A stretch of 64,000 bases of DNA from Eukaryota sp. GEM-RC1 (taxonomy: Eukaryota): NCBI GenBank assembly GCA_040285855.1, contig JAUFOQ010000004.1, positions 2,542,001 through 2,606,000 on the forward strand, given 5' to 3'. Below the pieces are notes generated by a model. That model saw only the letters and a list, made by a program, of their open reading frames with translations, had not been told where the DNA came from and made no database searches. Positions 60,601 to 64,000 of the stretch are shown piece after piece. Both the position numbers and the translations under genes were made by a program. Within the stretch, counting starts at the first letter, position 1. Every line of letters starts with the position of its first letter.

Positions 60601-61913
60601 ATGATCTGCTTGAAGGGTGAAACCAGTTACTTTCTTCATCCGGGTAGCTATACTGTAGGTAGAAAGCGAACTCAAGACATTCCTTTATCATCTGTGTGTG
60701 TTTCTAGAGAACATGCTCTGATACAAGTCGAAAGTGATTTTTCTGTTTTTATCAAGGATCTTTCCACTGACGGTACCTTTGTGGATGATCAAAGACTTCC
60801 CAAAGGTGATTTTGTCGCTGTTCAACCCTTTTCACAAGTCCGTTTTGCCACCCAAGGAGATCATGTATTCATCATAGAACCCATCGTCTTCAATCTTCTG
60901 CTTTCTCAGTCCTCTGCTGCTAATCCAGTCGTACAATCCTTTACTGCTTTAACTGGAGCCACCATCTACTCTTCCTATACCCCTGAAATAACTCACTATG
61001 TTTGCAATCAGTTCAACTTCTCTTCTTCAGGATTTTGGTCTCTCGCTAGTGGTATCCCCATAATCTCAATTTCTTTTCTCAACGCAATCCTCCAAAAGTC
61101 AAACTTTTCCTCTTTCCCTGACATCTCTAAACATCTTCCCCCTGTTCACCCTTCTATACAGTCCACCATTATCTCTGACCAACTTCTACCAAACCCAGAC
61201 CGTTGTAAAGTTCTTCAAGGAGTCTGCGTATTCGTCCCTTCTTCTTGGGGCAGAGAGTCTATCCAGTTGATCTCAGCATTGGGGGGAGTGGTGTTGGAAG
61301 AAGGAGATCCCAGATGTGGTGAGTTTTCACTTCATTTAAAGTTTGAGAAAAAGAAGATGTGCTGCAGTTAGCTAGGGCAACTGCATTGGTGAGTAGGGAT
61401 CACTTGCCTATTGTGGAAGTTGATTGTAGAAATGATGACATGATGGATGACTGTGATGACTCTCATGTGGATAATTATCCTAATCCAACTGGGCAGTATT
61501 CAGTTGAAGTCCCAATCAGATCAACGGAACAGGCAAGTGATGATGATTACGAAGAGATCGATTTGGATGATGTTCACGAGCAAGAGTGGCTGTCACCTGC
61601 TAAAAGCAAGCAATCAGCTTCCCAATCAAATTCCAGTCAATCAGATAAGGTCAAAAATGATTCCAAAGTAACAACTGCACAAGATGCGTTTCAGGTTTAT
61701 CTCAATCATAAGGAAAAGTTGGAGCAAATGAATCCTAGTAAACCTTCATCTCTTATTGAACTTCCATGGAAGGTGGTTAAAACCAAAACTGAAGGAGATT
61801 CAATTACTGGTGGGATATTACCTGTTAGAAGTCAGTCAAGAAATGTAGAGGTGAGAGACAGTGAAGTCGTGATTAATGTTAAAAGATTTCGAAAACAACG
61901 TGTTGGAAATTAA
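60601..61913 (+). CDS. NBS1: Nibrin/NBS1-like (FHA, BRCT, Mre11-binding motif); frameshift near 61350
   Basis: FHA motifs VGR..VSREHA..DLSTDGTFV, BRCT-like THYV..SLASGIPII, and C-terminal NVKRFRK. Confidence 0.78.
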
Positions 61914-62899
61914 GTGGAGGTTTCCTTTTTGATTGTATTTTTAAATTTTTAAAATTCGATCCTGTTGAAGACTTAGATTTAAAACTTAAGGTATTGCCTT
62001 CTATATGTTTCTGGTTTTGTTTTGAAACTATTCAACTCTTGAAACTGCTGAAAGGAAGAAATTAGATCGTTATGGTGAATTAACTCGACTTTAGACAACT
62101 TTCATAAAAATCATGGTGAGAACTTTTTCTATTTAAAACTGTATTTTGTGTGTTATGTATTGTATTATTATTTTGTCCGTGTATTTTGCAACTATGTGTA
62201 AAAGTGACAATGACTAAAATTATACGGATTTCACAACCAAACTAACCAGAACAAAACACAAACAATACCAAAACAAATACCAACAGCGACGATTTAGTTT
62301 TCCCTCTGTTCTGAGCAGCTGCCATTCCAAAACACTTCCCCAACCATTTAGCAGGTGGAGATTCCTCAAAAACATCAAGAGGATTCATCATCAGACGAGT
62401 TTGTGACAACAATAAATTCATCAAGAGCAACTGGTTCCAATTCATCTTCCAATCAAAACTCAGTTGTATATGGTATCATTATTATCATCAATAGTAGCTT
62501 CATTCTCGAGAAGAAGTTCTTCAACACGAGAGCTCTGATCATTCCTCATTTCATATGTGAGTTCATTTCTCCATCCGTAGTTAATGAATGTGTTTCACGT
62601 AATCAATTGTGGTGCCATTTTTCTAAAGCTGTGGTAAATTTTGTTACAGGAACTTATCCAGTGTTGTGTGTGAAAGACATTTTGGTCTTATTGACTCTTC
62701 ATGGTCAAGATAAAACCAATTAGCGTCTATTATGTTTGAAAAGTACGGCCAACAGGTCGAAATTTAGGAAATTGGTCAATACATCTTCATCAACAGATTC
62801 CTGTAGCACCTTTTCATCCATAAAACTACAAAAAACTACCACATCGATTCAGTATAAAAAATACAAAAAATACAAAAAAATACAGTATTTGTATTTTCC

Positions 62900-63105
62900 A
62901 AGTTTGCTTGGAATGCATGGGCTTTTCAGCAGAAGTTAACGGATTAAAAGAAGAATCTAATATCCTACTAACACAAGATTTGTTACAAACATCTACTGTA
63001 ATAAAATCCATTAATGACTGACTCGATTTAAGCCACTGAGTATGGAGATTCTGTTTTTTTATCAGTAAATTCATTTTGTCAAAGGTGATTCAAAACTGGT
63101 TCAAC
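62900..63105 (-). mobile_element. CRE-like retrotransposon fragment
   Basis: Near-identical to ~40190-40375. Confidence 0.8.
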
Positions 63106-63169
63106 TTGATATGTAGATAACTAAGAGTCCATGGTAGGACTCCATTCAGTGTTCTTAATATTTGTTTTC

Positions 63170-63620
63170 CGAATATTGATTTTACAAACGCATTCAATTC
63201 TGGTTTAAGGTCTAGCGTTTTTGCTGATTTGAAATTTGAAATTCCGGACTTAATTCTTTACTTTTGCTTAATGTATGGCCAGAACTCTGATCTTATTTAT
63301 AATTCTGATAATCTGGTTTCTCAACGTGGAGTCAAACAAGGTGATCCTCTTGGTCCCTTTTTATTTTGTGTGGCTTTGCAGTCATTTTTTCGTAAGTTTC
63401 AAATGAAGTTCCGTTCTTTGAATTTGTGTGCTTATGCTGATGATGCTCCTGCAATTGGATTCATTGATGATATATTATCAGCTTTTACAGTTTTTATAGA
63501 GCTTTCTAATGAAATTGGTCTTCAGTAGAATTATGAAAAATGTTTTTCATCGGTTCTTCACCATTTGAGTTGATTTTTGAAGGGCATTCTATTCCTTTTT
63601 CCAATTATAAGTACAATGCC
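63170..63620 (+). mobile_element. CRE-like reverse transcriptase fragment
   Basis: DFTNAFNS, GVKQGDPLGPFLF and AYADD. Confidence 0.85.
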
Positions 63621-64000
63621 GTACCGTATTTCATGGTAGTGTACGCCACGCTATTTTTATACATCACTGACATAAACAGTTTATTGAGGGAGGGTACAAA
63701 TATACATATCATAATAACAGCTATGAAACACTAGACACCGAAAATTCCAGGTCAACAGTGCCACAGTTTATATACCTTTGTGAAAATTGATTTAAAAATC
63801 TTACATATAAACAAAAAAAAAGATCGTTATCCTGTGTTATGGAAAACGAAAGATTTTTTACTTCACTCACCTTGTGCATGGTTAATTTGCCTTCAAAATT
63901 TAATTGATAGTCTTGACTCCAATTTGGGGTCAGGTTTATTTCCTGTTGGGGTAACAGAAATTCAACAGAGAAGCATTGTCATTTGCCTTTGTGTGTTCGC

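Noticed and set aside
61319..61341. Candidate GTGAGT...AAAG intron in NBS1
   Set aside because: Removal creates an immediate stop and the donor does not fit the +4T pattern. An indel in the A run at ~61350 explains the break.
1947..61913. Pervasive frameshifts in essential genes read as programmed ribosomal frameshifting or RNA editing
   Set aside because: The shifts go in both directions, fall mostly in homopolymer or pyrimidine runs, and share no motif such as the Euplotes AAA-stop. Hemerythrin copy 1 differs from copy 2 by one T in a run. Long-read consensus error explains this best; short-read polishing would settle it.
1003..61913. Stop-codon reassignment (hexamitid or ciliate type)
   Set aside because: TAA, TAG and TGA each end conserved genes at expected positions (EBP2, TSG101, Vps34, MCM3). 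ORF breaks are frame changes or introns, not in-frame read-through.
223..63734. Numerous short ORFs (60-150 aa) antisense to or overlapping real genes, or in AT-rich gaps
   Set aside because: They are shadow ORFs with no recognisable motifs, and many start at TTG or GTG.

Overview
Eukaryotic, AT-rich, gene-dense genomic window that uses the standard genetic code. It most likely comes from a flagellated anaerobic protist; metamonad-like is an inference from the archaeal-type AlaRS, hemerythrin-like genes, flagellar genes and fused branch-point/3' splice-site introns. It holds about 20 protein genes (EBP2, TSG101/Vps23, AlaRS, DNAAF9-like, two hemerythrin-like, Vps34, cyclase, CFAP52-like, beta-lactamase-family, oligoribonuclease, MCM3, CFAP20, two NlpC/P60-like, katanin p80, LisH/CTLH-WD40, F-box, LRR, discoidin-like, NBS1) and one tRNA-Gln(CUG). 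Genes are interspersed with many CRE-like non-LTR retrotransposon fragments and hAT, pogo and MULE-type DNA elements. Many genes are split by 1-nt indels, mostly in homopolymer runs, which I read as assembly errors. The main discovery is a coherent, divergent splicing system. An unannotated U1 snRNA gene (minus strand, ~25450-25592) has the 5' splice-site pairing sequence ACAUAC instead of the canonical ACUUAC. This matches 11 ultrashort (26-34 nt) introns that all have U at +4 and a branch-point-like A fixed at -7. One of these introns appears to end in AT instead of AG.
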